Below are positions 38,604 to 47,544 of a stretch of DNA of 64,000 nt, one piece after another. The DNA is from Nitrospirota bacterium. GTDB taxonomy: Bacteria > Nitrospirota > UBA9217. The stretch lies in contig CAVWHO010000002.1 in assembly GCA_963754875.1 (NCBI GenBank), positions 1-64,000 of the forward strand. Reading direction: 5' to 3'. The first letter of the stretch is position 1. Each line of letters opens with the position of its first letter. The notes under the pieces were generated by a model that saw only the letters and a list, made by a program, of their open reading frames with translations, searched no databases and had not been told where the DNA came from. The position numbers and the translations under genes are program-made.

Positions 38604-39292
38604 CGTTGCACTGCTCCGTTCGACGGCGACTGCGCCGCATACACTAGTTCCTTCATCAGGACGAGGTTCTTCTTCGTTGCCCGCATGACTGCCCGGAAAT
38701 CCGCTTCAGCCTTGGGCGCCGGATTCTTGATTTCCGCGATCCTGCCCGCCGCCTTTCCCGAGACGACGTCATACTCGTCGAAATCCTTGAGCGTGAGTCC
38801 TATGAACTGCTTTCCGAACGCGGCAGCGCGCAGTTTGCCCGCATATTGACTGGTCATTTTCTGGATGTAAAACGCTTTGATGCGCTCGTCGCGGTCGAGG
38901 GCGAGAAAAACCTGAATGCCGCCGTACTGACCTTTTTGGTTGACGCCGTGGATGTAGCCGATCTTCTTTTTGCCCCCGTAGATCTCGTACACCGTATAGG
39001 GGTTTTCGATTGTTTCGTACAGCCCATGAAAGGTGTCGCCCAGCTCCGCTTCGATTTTTTTGAGGAGCTTTTCTCCCCCCTGATCCACGATGTTCACGTA
39101 AAACGCCTTATACCCCGTCGACTCCGGGAAGATCCACGCCACATCGCGGTCGGGGTCGTTGAGCGAGCAACCGACCGCCCCCCAGGCCGAAAGAGCGCCC
39201 GCCAGCAAGGCGATGAGGCCCGTGGCAACGGCGATCAACGCGCGCAGCCGCAGTGCCGGGTATATTTGCGATCGCCGTCTAGCGGTCTGCAT
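38600..39292 (-). CDS. Exported protein with an FMN-binding-domain-like fold
   Basis: Signal peptide; KGQYGGIQVFLALD..IKAFYIQ..FGKQFIG resembles the RnfG/FMN_bind core. Confidence 0.6.
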   Translation of the reverse strand: MQTARRRSQIYPALRLRALIAVATGLIALLAGALSAWGAVGCSLNDPDRDVAWIFPESTGYKAFYVNIVDQGGEKLLKKIEAELGDTFHGLYETIENPYTVYEIYGGKKKIGYIHGVNQKGQYGGIQVFLALDRDERIKAFYIQKMTSQYAGKLRAAAFGKQFIGLTLKDFDEYDVVSGKAAGRIAEIKNPAPKAEADFRAVMRATKKNLVLMKELVYAAQSPSNGAVQR

Positions 39293-39331
39293 TGGTTTCG
39301 TTCTCCTTTCCTGCCGGCGAATCCGCGCAGG

Positions 39332-40387
39332 TTACAGGTGCAGCGGGCTGTAGTAATAGAGCTGCACCAAGAACCTGTTGTCGTTCAGAAGGCGATCGTA
39401 GGCATAGGACGTCCGCACCGTGAATTCCGGCGTAGCCTGGAAGCTGAAGCAGAGGGCCGGCCGCTGATCCAAATCTCCTGCGAATTTCCAATACATGTCC
39501 TGTATTTCGAGCTTGTACCGCGCCTCCGGGTCCAGGTTTATGCCAAACCGGTAGAATAACGCGAAGAGGTCTTCCCCGAACCACTTGCCTGTGTACAGTT
39601 CGAAGCGATGTTCAAGGTTGTCTTGGAGAACCGTCAGATCGGTGCCCGCCAGCTGCATCTGGAGCGGCTCGTGTTCCATGAGTGTGTAGCCGGTCGTCTC
39701 CAGGGTCTTGCCATACCCCAGGGAAAATCCGGCGTTATAATTGTCCCGCTCCAGCACCCCGTAGGACACACGGGCCGCGGTCATATAATGGCTGTCGAAC
39801 GGCAGTCCAGGAAGGCTTTGATAGAGCGGCATCCCCGTCCCGGAGGTCACGCTGGCCGCAATATTGCCCCAGGAATAATCTCGGTAGCCCCCGATGCCCC
39901 AGTCACGATCATAAAAACCAAAGCGCATGCCGACCGTCTCAAGCAACAGACCGTGGCTATCGAAATAGGATGCAAGACCGAACGCGGGACGATCATGGCC
40001 TACCCACACATAAGCCCACGGCGTTTTTACTTTCAGCCAGGCGTTGAATATCTGCGGCTGCAGGGTATAGCCATCCTGCTCCTTCGTGAACAGCTGCGGT
40101 TCTGTTCTGTAGCCCGCGCCCTGTTCAACCGGCATGACCGACATCCGGCCCTGGAGAGCAAAAACAGCGACGTCGCCGGTCTCGCCGGAAATTCGCTGCA
40201 GGTAATCGAACCCCAGACTCGGCTGCTGCATCTCTGATTGAGGATTGATCGAGTACGACACCGTTTTCCCGAGCGCGGACGAGTAGCCGAATATGTCCTG
40301 CGCTTCGAAATAAAGGAGGTGGTCCGAGGCCCGCGCGCCTTGCGCCAAAAACAGAAGACATGCACAGCAGATGAGCGTCTTATACAT
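39332..40387 (-). CDS. Putative outer-membrane beta-barrel protein
   Basis: Signal peptide, aromatic alternating strands, C-terminal FLVQLYYY. Confidence 0.65.
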   Translation of the reverse strand: MYKTLICCACLLFLAQGARASDHLLYFEAQDIFGYSSALGKTVSYSINPQSEMQQPSLGFDYLQRISGETGDVAVFALQGRMSVMPVEQGAGYRTEPQLFTKEQDGYTLQPQIFNAWLKVKTPWAYVWVGHDRPAFGLASYFDSHGLLLETVGMRFGFYDRDWGIGGYRDYSWGNIAASVTSGTGMPLYQSLPGLPFDSHYMTAARVSYGVLERDNYNAGFSLGYGKTLETTGYTLMEHEPLQMQLAGTDLTVLQDNLEHRFELYTGKWFGEDLFALFYRFGINLDPEARYKLEIQDMYWKFAGDLDQRPALCFSFQATPEFTVRTSYAYDRLLNDNRFLVQLYYYSPLHL

Positions 40388-40835
40388 CGAAGCGATAGCC
40401 GCCGCGGTAAATGACCTTGCTGTCCTTCACCATGGTAATCTTTATTTCCCAATCGCCGGGCATGGTAATACTGACCGGCGCGAGATAGTCTCCCTTCCTG
40501 GAGAGCTGGAAGGAATAATGGTCCGTCCCCATGGAAGGCATGGAGGGCATGCTGGAATCAGCCGTAATAGCGAGCGATCTGTCTTTTTCTCCTTTATTGT
40601 TGAACACCTGGATCTTCATAATGACCGATCCCATTTTTGGTTTCTCAACAAATCCGTAGATCATGTACCTGTCGTTTCCGATTAGGACTTTTTCCCCGGG
40701 ACCGGGCATTGAAGCGAAAGTGGCCGCTTGCCGTGTTCCCGGCGTTTCAGGGCTGCCTGCGTAAAGAGACGGACCGGGAAGTAGTGCCAAGAAAAAAAAA
40801 GCAACGATGAAAAGGCGCCTTCTATGAAGCAACAT
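40380..40835 (-). CDS. YtkA/FixH-like periplasmic protein with a Met-rich motif
   Basis: Signal peptide, SMPSMPSMG, GDY..TMPGDWEIKI. Confidence 0.75.
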   Translation of the reverse strand: MLLHRRRLFIVAFFFLALLPGPSLYAGSPETPGTRQAATFASMPGPGEKVLIGNDRYMIYGFVEKPKMGSVIMKIQVFNNKGEKDRSLAITADSSMPSMPSMGTDHYSFQLSRKGDYLAPVSITMPGDWEIKITMVKDSKVIYRGGYRFDV

Positions 40836-40894
40836 GATTTCCTCCTTCTTATTTATAAAAAATGCAGCTTCACTGCGCAAATTTTTCGTAGTGA

Positions 40895-40923
40895 ATGTTA
40901 CTTCCGCTTATGAAAGTTGTCAA
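40895..40923 (-). promoter_or_regulatory. Sigma70 promoter of the YtkA-ABC module
   Basis: TTGACA-17 bp-TAACAT. Confidence 0.65.
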
Positions 40924-41068
40924 GGTTAATTGCATCTTCCTGCACGTTTGGATAATGCTTCTGTTACCAGGGCATTTCATTCGATCTGAGGCGCGAACGT
41001 GCAAGCTCGTGCAGCAATGGCACGAGTTATGCTAACTTTCCGGCGAAGTTTCTTATTCAAAAATAAGT

Positions 41069-41101
41069 AAAAAAAAGGGGAGCGGTTATACCGCCCCCCT
41101 T
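41069..41101 (-). terminator. Rho-independent terminator
   Basis: AAGGGG.GCGG hairpin followed by a U8 tract on the minus strand. Confidence 0.8.
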
Positions 41102-41124
41102 GAAAGATGAAAATCTTACAGAAA

Positions 41125-42885
41125 CTAGTTTTTCTTGAAAAGAACACCGCAGGTAGCGCGGGTTGTAACATCGCCAGCAGCGACATGGCACTGCCCAGCG
41201 TTCGATCCGCAGGTCGGTGTTACGTTGCCAATGAACGCCTTGTTATTGATATCATAGAGCTGAACGCCGCTCGTCTTATACCCCGGCACGCCGGCTCCTC
41301 CGGCTTGCGCCTGGGTTTGGTCGGTATAGTACCGAAGGGACAGGATAGCGTATTTGCTGTCCGGGGTCGAAATAACGTCATGTACTTCAATGCCGCCGTA
41401 CGTGCCCGCTCCCAGGCCGGTGGTGATGGCTCCGGGTTTCGAGACGGAGTTAGCATTGCTGGTGGTACCAGTGTTGGAATAGACGCTCAGGTCGCTGGCA
41501 TTGAGGATGATCAAGCGGTCGGACCCGGATTGCAGAATATAATTGCCGTTAGGTGTAAAGGTGGCGCGATACGCAATCGTCCCCTGGAGCGAACCGTCGC
41601 CGCTCGTGGTTGAATCGGACGGTGCGACAGTGACCGTTCCCGTCGATAGGACTTTCTCAGGTGTCATGGTGCTGATGCCGGGCGTCGAGGTGCTGGCTGA
41701 TTCAAGATCGCTAGCATTGACCAGATACGTTCTGAGGAAACCGGCCAGGTTGTTCGTAGTGGAGAGGCCGCTAACGACGTTCATGACCATGTAAACCTTG
41801 CTTCCGTCGGGACTGGAACCGCCGTGAATGAACGCCAGCGGCGGCTGACCGTAGTTGCTGGGGGGATTAAGATTATCCATGGCGTGGTCGATCTGCCAGA
41901 TGTACGTTCTGGTAAAGTCCGAGCCTCCGCTCGCAAGTACGTTGCTGACGCTGCCCTGTGCGCCGGCATTCAGTTTCGCCAGCGGAACAGCATCGAGGTA
42001 GGCCGGGAAGCTCATCGACATGGGGAGATAATAGCCATTCGTCTTGTCCATTCCCGATGCGCAGTATTCAACGGCCGACGTGGTGCCGAACTCCTCAGGC
42101 GCCATGGCAGATAAGGCCCCGGCGATGTTTTGGCTGGCGCCATAGTCGATATCGATCACCGAGTTTATTCCATTGTTCGTCGCCGCAGTATTGGCCTGCG
42201 TCAAATCAACGTAGCCGATATCGGCAACTCCGCTAGAGTTGGGGTGGGAGGGGGAGGTGGGTACGGGCCTGGACATGATCGCGGAATAGTAAATCTTCGT
42301 GGGGTTAGTCGCGTCGTCAAACCTTATGTCGTGGAAGACGGTTTTAGTACTAGACTGGCTGGGCGCGCCGTTAAGCTGAATCTTGGACGCACTTGCTGTG
42401 TTCACCGTGATAGGTGAAGTGGTATTCGTCGGGTCGATCGTTACTGAATATACGGCGATATGACCGCCATTCTGGGATGCCTGGTAGAGCGTGCCGGAAA
42501 GAACTGGAGCAGCCACTACCGTCATCGTGCGCGTCCCGGAGACGGACCCCGACGTTGCGGTGACCGTGACCGGCCCGGCAGCAACGGCTGTTGCGAGACC
42601 AGTGCTGGCGCCGATCGTCGCGATGGCCGTGCTCGACGTGGACCAGGTTATTACAGGCGACGTGGCGGTGCCGTCTGACATTAATGCCGTTGCGGTGAAC
42701 TGCTGGGTATTGCCGACCGTAACGGTAGGGGCAGTAGCCGGGGCCACCGTTATCGAGGCCAGCGTTGCAGGGCCCGCCGGGGTACTGTCGCTGCTGCTGC
42801 TGCCGCACCCGAATAGCATCATCATACCAAGGACAAGGACGACCGATAAAGCAGTGAGAAAGGTCACTTTTGCTGACTTTTTCAT
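41125..42885 (-). CDS. Lipoprotein with a Big_2 domain and a beta-rich (propeller-like) domain ending in CX6CH
   Basis: Lipobox LFGC, Ser linker, one Ig repeat, SPDG/TPNG/TPDS repeats, TCGSNAGQCH. Confidence 0.8.
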   Translation of the reverse strand: MKKSAKVTFLTALSVVLVLGMMMLFGCGSSSSDSTPAGPATLASITVAPATAPTVTVGNTQQFTATALMSDGTATSPVITWSTSSTAIATIGASTGLATAVAAGPVTVTATSGSVSGTRTMTVVAAPVLSGTLYQASQNGGHIAVYSVTIDPTNTTSPITVNTASASKIQLNGAPSQSSTKTVFHDIRFDDATNPTKIYYSAIMSRPVPTSPSHPNSSGVADIGYVDLTQANTAATNNGINSVIDIDYGASQNIAGALSAMAPEEFGTTSAVEYCASGMDKTNGYYLPMSMSFPAYLDAVPLAKLNAGAQGSVSNVLASGGSDFTRTYIWQIDHAMDNLNPPSNYGQPPLAFIHGGSSPDGSKVYMVMNVVSGLSTTNNLAGFLRTYLVNASDLESASTSTPGISTMTPEKVLSTGTVTVAPSDSTTSGDGSLQGTIAYRATFTPNGNYILQSGSDRLIILNASDLSVYSNTGTTSNANSVSKPGAITTGLGAGTYGGIEVHDVISTPDSKYAILSLRYYTDQTQAQAGGAGVPGYKTSGVQLYDINNKAFIGNVTPTCGSNAGQCHVAAGDVTTRATCGVLFKKN

Positions 42886-43061
42886 AACTTGCATTCCTCC
42901 ATAGTTAAAGTTATTAGGTCGTTTAGGAGACTTGACACGTTACCGGGCATTGCTTGTCTGCCATTTTGAATCTCTGGGTTCACCTCCTTTGAATTTATCG
43001 ATCATACTTCTACTTTTGTTTCGGAGAAAACCGGGCTGGTCATGATAAGTCTGACAATCAA

Positions 43062-44018
43062 TTAGTGGCCCCCCGCTCCATTGACAGGCAAGTAAATACT
43101 GCCCGTAATCCCTCCAATTGTTGCGGTGATTGTTGCATGACCCAGATAGACCGCTGTCACCACGCCTGAACTGTCTACGGTAGCAATATCAGGGTTCTCC
43201 GAATTCCACACAACCTGCGAGGTAATATCCAGAGTGGTAGTATTCTGGGTGGCGCTGTCATAGAACGTGCCGGTCGCGGTCAACTGGACAGGAGGTTGTC
43301 CTACCTTAACCGTAGACGCTGCCGTAACTGCGATCGACTGCAATACTCCCGAATTCAAAACAGTCAACGCAGCCGTGTTGGAAGTTACACCGTTCCATTG
43401 CGCGGTAATATCGGTTGCTCCCGGGGAAACGGCTGTTGCCAGGCCCGAGTGAGCGTCAATGGTAGCGACCAAGGTTGTTGAGGAACTCCAGGAAACCAGG
43501 CCTGTGATATCCTGGCTCGGAATTGTCTCGGTCCCGTCGCTGAAAAGTCCGGTTGCGGTGAACTGCTTAGTCAATCCGTTGTTTACGGATGCAGCGCCCG
43601 GAGATACCGTAATTGTCTGGAGGGTCAGGTTTTTGATGGTCAATTGCGTTGACCCGGTCATCCCCTGGCTGGTAGCGGTGATATTGCACGTTCCTGATGA
43701 CGTGACGGCCGTGACAAGCCCGCTGGCAGATACGGTGGCGATCGATGAATCGGTTGTGCCCCAGGTAATCGATGCAGACAGATCGGTTGTCGTCAAATCG
43801 GTGTATTGACCGGTTGCTTTTAACTGCTGCACGGTCTGTGCCGCCATCGTGACGCTCCCTCCCACTGCCGTGCTATTGACTGGTGCTATCGAAATAGAGG
43901 AAAGCTTCTTTCCTTCATAGGATGTAAGACCGCAGCCGTGAACCACAATTATGGTTATCATCAATGTTGAAAGCGCAAGAAGAACTGCAAGTAATTTCTT
44001 GTCTTTGAATATCTTCAT
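43062..44018 (-). CDS. Lipoprotein with three Ig-like (Big_2) repeats
   Basis: Lipobox-like VHGC; three ATG.F/Y...W.S....ATV...G.V.AV repeats. Confidence 0.85.
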   Translation of the reverse strand: MKIFKDKKLLAVLLALSTLMITIIVVHGCGLTSYEGKKLSSISIAPVNSTAVGGSVTMAAQTVQQLKATGQYTDLTTTDLSASITWGTTDSSIATVSASGLVTAVTSSGTCNITATSQGMTGSTQLTIKNLTLQTITVSPGAASVNNGLTKQFTATGLFSDGTETIPSQDITGLVSWSSSTTLVATIDAHSGLATAVSPGATDITAQWNGVTSNTAALTVLNSGVLQSIAVTAASTVKVGQPPVQLTATGTFYDSATQNTTTLDITSQVVWNSENPDIATVDSSGVVTAVYLGHATITATIGGITGSIYLPVNGAGGH

Positions 44019-44044
44019 TTTGGAATCCTCTCAATCGTAATGAT

Positions 44045-45238
44045 TTAAAATCTTGCCTGGAGCTGGAGCAACGTCGTATTGAAATCCTTGGAAGGCGGTT
44101 TGTTAAAGGCGATTTGTTCCAATTCAAGCGTAAGTCTCAGGTCCTGTCCTTTTATATAGTAGTTGAGCCCTTCCGCGTTCCAGTCTATGTGCTGATCAGC
44201 TACACCGTTTAGGCTCGCGAATGCCCATTTTTCCATACGCCCATAGACCTGCAATTTCCAGAGCATGTAGGCGCCCTTCCAGTAGTAGCCGTTTTTTTCT
44301 CCGTAGATATCCACGGCTCCGGGGGCTCCGCGCGTTCCTGCTCCGCCAAAGTCCTGCTTCAGATACGCGCCGGAGAGCGTAAACGTGCCGACCTCCGTCG
44401 GATACTCGAAGAACCCGTCGTAGGTATAAGCTTTATAGTCATCCTTGCCGCTGCCCACGCCGGTGGAGGTGTCGAAGGCCGAATAGACTGCGTTGGCCTC
44501 CGTTTCATACCCGGCGCCGAAGGTGAGCACTTTTTTCTTGCCGAGGTAGGACCCTTTGTAGCCCAGGTTGGATTCAGGATCGAGCAGGGTGACATGCACC
44601 CTGCCGGTATAGCGGTAGCCCGCGTTATCCGGTTTTTGATCGCCGTAGTTGTTGCCGTTCATCACGGCTGCCCGATATTGGAAAACATTATTGAAGAGAT
44701 TGCCCCAGAACACAACACCGCTGTCGCGAGTCGTTTTGTCCCCATTGCCGAAGGGGCCGAGAATAAACGGAGAGCGGTCCATCGAAAGCGGATCGAAGCA
44801 GCCGTCGTTCACTTCACGGGTCAGCTGTGTTTTTGTTTTTCCCGCGCGGATTTTGAATGCATCGGCATAGTCGGCGGTCAAGTAATAATCAAGCGCCGAG
44901 AGCGCATACTTGCTCGCTTCATCGGTTACAAACGTATCGCCGATTTTTCGTCCGCCGACGTACTCCAACTGCAGCGCGTATCCATAGGTTTCATTTGCCA
45001 TCCCCAGAAAGCTGAGACGATCTCTCATGAGGTAAAAATTATTTGTCGTTTTGTTGTCCCCATTCACATCGATGCTGCTCTGCGCCTCGCGGGCCTGCAC
45101 CTGGTAATCAATGTCCAGAAAGCCCCCGTTGCCGAACTCGACCACGGTGTACGCTTTGGCATTTTGGCCACCCGGTCCAATCAAGAGAAATCCACCAACC
45201 AGCACACCCAACATCAATCCTTTTAAGAAACGCCCCAT
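44045..45238 (-). CDS. Outer-membrane porin, OprO/OprP superfamily, ExtI-like
   Basis: Signal peptide, PLSMDRS, TRDSGVVFWGNLF, RVHVTLLDPE..GYKGSYLGKKKVLT, terminal Phe; recalled resemblance to Geobacter ExtI. Confidence 0.78.
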   Translation of the reverse strand: MGRFLKGLMLGVLVGGFLLIGPGGQNAKAYTVVEFGNGGFLDIDYQVQAREAQSSIDVNGDNKTTNNFYLMRDRLSFLGMANETYGYALQLEYVGGRKIGDTFVTDEASKYALSALDYYLTADYADAFKIRAGKTKTQLTREVNDGCFDPLSMDRSPFILGPFGNGDKTTRDSGVVFWGNLFNNVFQYRAAVMNGNNYGDQKPDNAGYRYTGRVHVTLLDPESNLGYKGSYLGKKKVLTFGAGYETEANAVYSAFDTSTGVGSGKDDYKAYTYDGFFEYPTEVGTFTLSGAYLKQDFGGAGTRGAPGAVDIYGEKNGYYWKGAYMLWKLQVYGRMEKWAFASLNGVADQHIDWNAEGLNYYIKGQDLRLTLELEQIAFNKPPSKDFNTTLLQLQARF

Positions 45239-45385
45239 GTCTTCTCTCTCCTCCTTAAAGCCCTCCGCTAGGGATGTTAGATTTAAATTATTATTCATAT
45301 TTCTGAAAGCGTTTCAGAACTTTTAGATCCGATGTCGTTTGATGCACGTAATTTCAATTTATTTAGCGGAGAATGAGTATGTTGC

Positions 45386-45413
45386 ATTATATAAAAGGAT
45401 TAACTAATGTCAA
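45386..45413 (-). promoter_or_regulatory. Consensus sigma70 promoter of the porin-lipoprotein operon
   Basis: TTGACA-16 bp-TATAAT. Confidence 0.7.
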
Positions 45414-45801
45414 CGTGAAATTTTGTGCAGCTAGGATTCTAAAATTGAAGTTTTAGCTGTTCTGTGCAACTTTTCTTCACACTAGGGAACAAAATATATA
45501 AAACCGCATTTTTTTTAGTTTGTTGCATAGTTTCACAACTTAATCATGATTACGAAGTCATCTCTTCACTTTGAAACGTAAAGGCTCACGCGGGAGCGTC
45601 TTTTTAACCTACTGATCCGCAAATTTCAATTGTGTCTTTGCCCATTGCTGGCGCTCATATCGTTTAAACGAGGATTTTGCCCGGCAATAATGAAACACGG
45701 ACACTCCTCTTCATGCAACAGAAGCAATATTTTTTCTCTAAGACCGGTTTCTAATTTCTTTCTCTTGCATTTTTTCACTGGCTGTATTACCGTACGGAAC
45801 C

Positions 45802-47496
45802 ATGCATCTACAACACAGATTTGGATGGCATCGCTTCGTCATTCCCGGAATAATTTGCCTGATCGGCATTATCATTCCTCTCGCACAATACTATTTCCGC
45901 AGGTTCGATGATAACACCTTTACCAGCTGGCACATGATTTTCAGTGCCACCTCTTCGTTCAATTATTTTTTTGTCTTTCTCGGCGGCGTCTTGTCGGCAT
46001 TAATCCTGTTCAAGATTCGGTTGCCCTTACCGCGTGCTCTCTTCCTCTTTCTCGCATGCTTTGTCGCGGCCGCCTTTTTTTGGAGTATGCCTGAAGTAAA
46101 CACCGTGAGCGCCCGCTACGTTACCCAGGCAAAATATCTCGAACTTTACGGAGTGCGTTATTTTTTCAAAGAATGGGGACACAGCATCCAGGCATGGATG
46201 GACTTGCCCGCCATTCCCTTTCTAAACGGAATCATATTCGGGATCGTTGGAGAATCGAGAATCTATATTCAGATACTCACGGCTTTCCTCTTCGGGATGA
46301 CCTCGGTCGTGACGTACCTGATCGGGAAATCGCTTTGGGATGAAGAAACCGGCTTTTATGCAGGCATTTTGCTGCTCGGAATTCCCTATCTCATCATTCA
46401 GACGCCGCTTATGCTCCTTGACGTACATACGATGTTTTTCCTTACCCTGTCGATCTATCTTTATATCCGGGCACTGGAAGGAGGCCTTGCCCGGGCGATA
46501 GTTGCTGGGTGCTCCATCTTTGTGGCTTTTTTTTGCAAATACTCGGTTTGGCCGATGCTGTCCGTATTGCCGGTCATATCGTTTGTTTATTATTTTCGTA
46601 AGGAAGGTCCCGCTCGCCCCGAGATCCTCCGGAGAAGCCTCCGGGTATTCCTGCTTACCCTCCTTCTTATCGGCGTACCCGTCCTACTCAAATTCGATGT
46701 CATCGTCTATCAGATCAAACTCATGATGGAATTTCTGAGGCCAAGTCTCGGTCGGTGGACAGAGAAGTTCTCCTCAATCTATCTTTTCCAGATCAGCCCC
46801 GCGATCACCATTGCTGCAGCTGCGTCAATCGTTCTGGCGGCAGCAAAACGGGACCTCAAATACCTGGTCGTGGTTTGGTTGCCGTTTCTCGCCGTCTTTT
46901 TTGAGATAAAGCGGGTCCGTTACATACTCCCCGTTTTCCCGATGCTGACGCTGATGGGGTCCTACGGACTCGCGGCGCTTCGAAGCCCTGAGCAGCGAAA
47001 GGCCGTCGTCACTGCTGCGGTTACTGCCTCGCTGGTGACCTGTTACTTTCTCTTTCTGCCTTTCCTTAATCAATGGAGCTTCGTCAACTTGAAACATGCG
47101 GGGGAATTTCTGGATACTCTGGACGTCAATACGGTTGAGGCGATCGCGATTCCACAACAGCATTACCCCGTCAACCCGGCCGTTGCCGTGCCCCTCCTCG
47201 ATCTCTATACGCACAAGAGGATCTCCTATGAGTATGTCCCCGGCGCTTCCACCCCCGATGAAGATTACCATACCTCGCGTTTCCGCGACAGTTGGGAGTA
47301 CGTGAACCCTCCGTTCTATGCAGGCGATACTCGGACCGCGTCAGGAAAAACAGCCTTTGTAATAATAGCCGCGGACCCGCATGACAAGATTCCACCCGAA
47401 TTAAACCCTGCCATCAGCGCGATGCACCATGAGAAAGCATTTTCCACGAACATCCCTTTTTTTTACAATCAGACCCTCGTCACGATTTACTGGTAA
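45802..47496 (+). CDS. GT-C fold (PMT/ArnT-like) membrane glycosyltransferase, copy 1
   Basis: More than 10 TMs, PEV..RY..QAKYLE, DLP..PFL.G, LMLLDV, CKYS, RYILP. Confidence 0.8.
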   Translation: MHLQHRFGWHRFVIPGIICLIGIIIPLAQYYFRRFDDNTFTSWHMIFSATSSFNYFFVFLGGVLSALILFKIRLPLPRALFLFLACFVAAAFFWSMPEVNTVSARYVTQAKYLELYGVRYFFKEWGHSIQAWMDLPAIPFLNGIIFGIVGESRIYIQILTAFLFGMTSVVTYLIGKSLWDEETGFYAGILLLGIPYLIIQTPLMLLDVHTMFFLTLSIYLYIRALEGGLARAIVAGCSIFVAFFCKYSVWPMLSVLPVISFVYYFRKEGPARPEILRRSLRVFLLTLLLIGVPVLLKFDVIVYQIKLMMEFLRPSLGRWTEKFSSIYLFQISPAITIAAAASIVLAAAKRDLKYLVVVWLPFLAVFFEIKRVRYILPVFPMLTLMGSYGLAALRSPEQRKAVVTAAVTASLVTCYFLFLPFLNQWSFVNLKHAGEFLDTLDVNTVEAIAIPQQHYPVNPAVAVPLLDLYTHKRISYEYVPGASTPDEDYHTSRFRDSWEYVNPPFYAGDTRTASGKTAFVIIAADPHDKIPPELNPAISAMHHEKAFSTNIPFFYNQTLVTIYW

Positions 47497-47544
47497 TAAT
47501 GGACTTAATTTCTTATAATATTAGAGCACAATGGAGAAGCGTGG

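Noticed and set aside
35688..45238. Selenocysteine recoding or a multiheme conduit near the ExtI-like porin
   Set aside because: No in-frame TGA with continuing homology and no repeated CXXCH motifs seen
45460..45540. Rex-like boxes (TTCACAA half-sites; also near 8218-8235)
   Set aside because: Only one half-site matches well and the region is AT-rich
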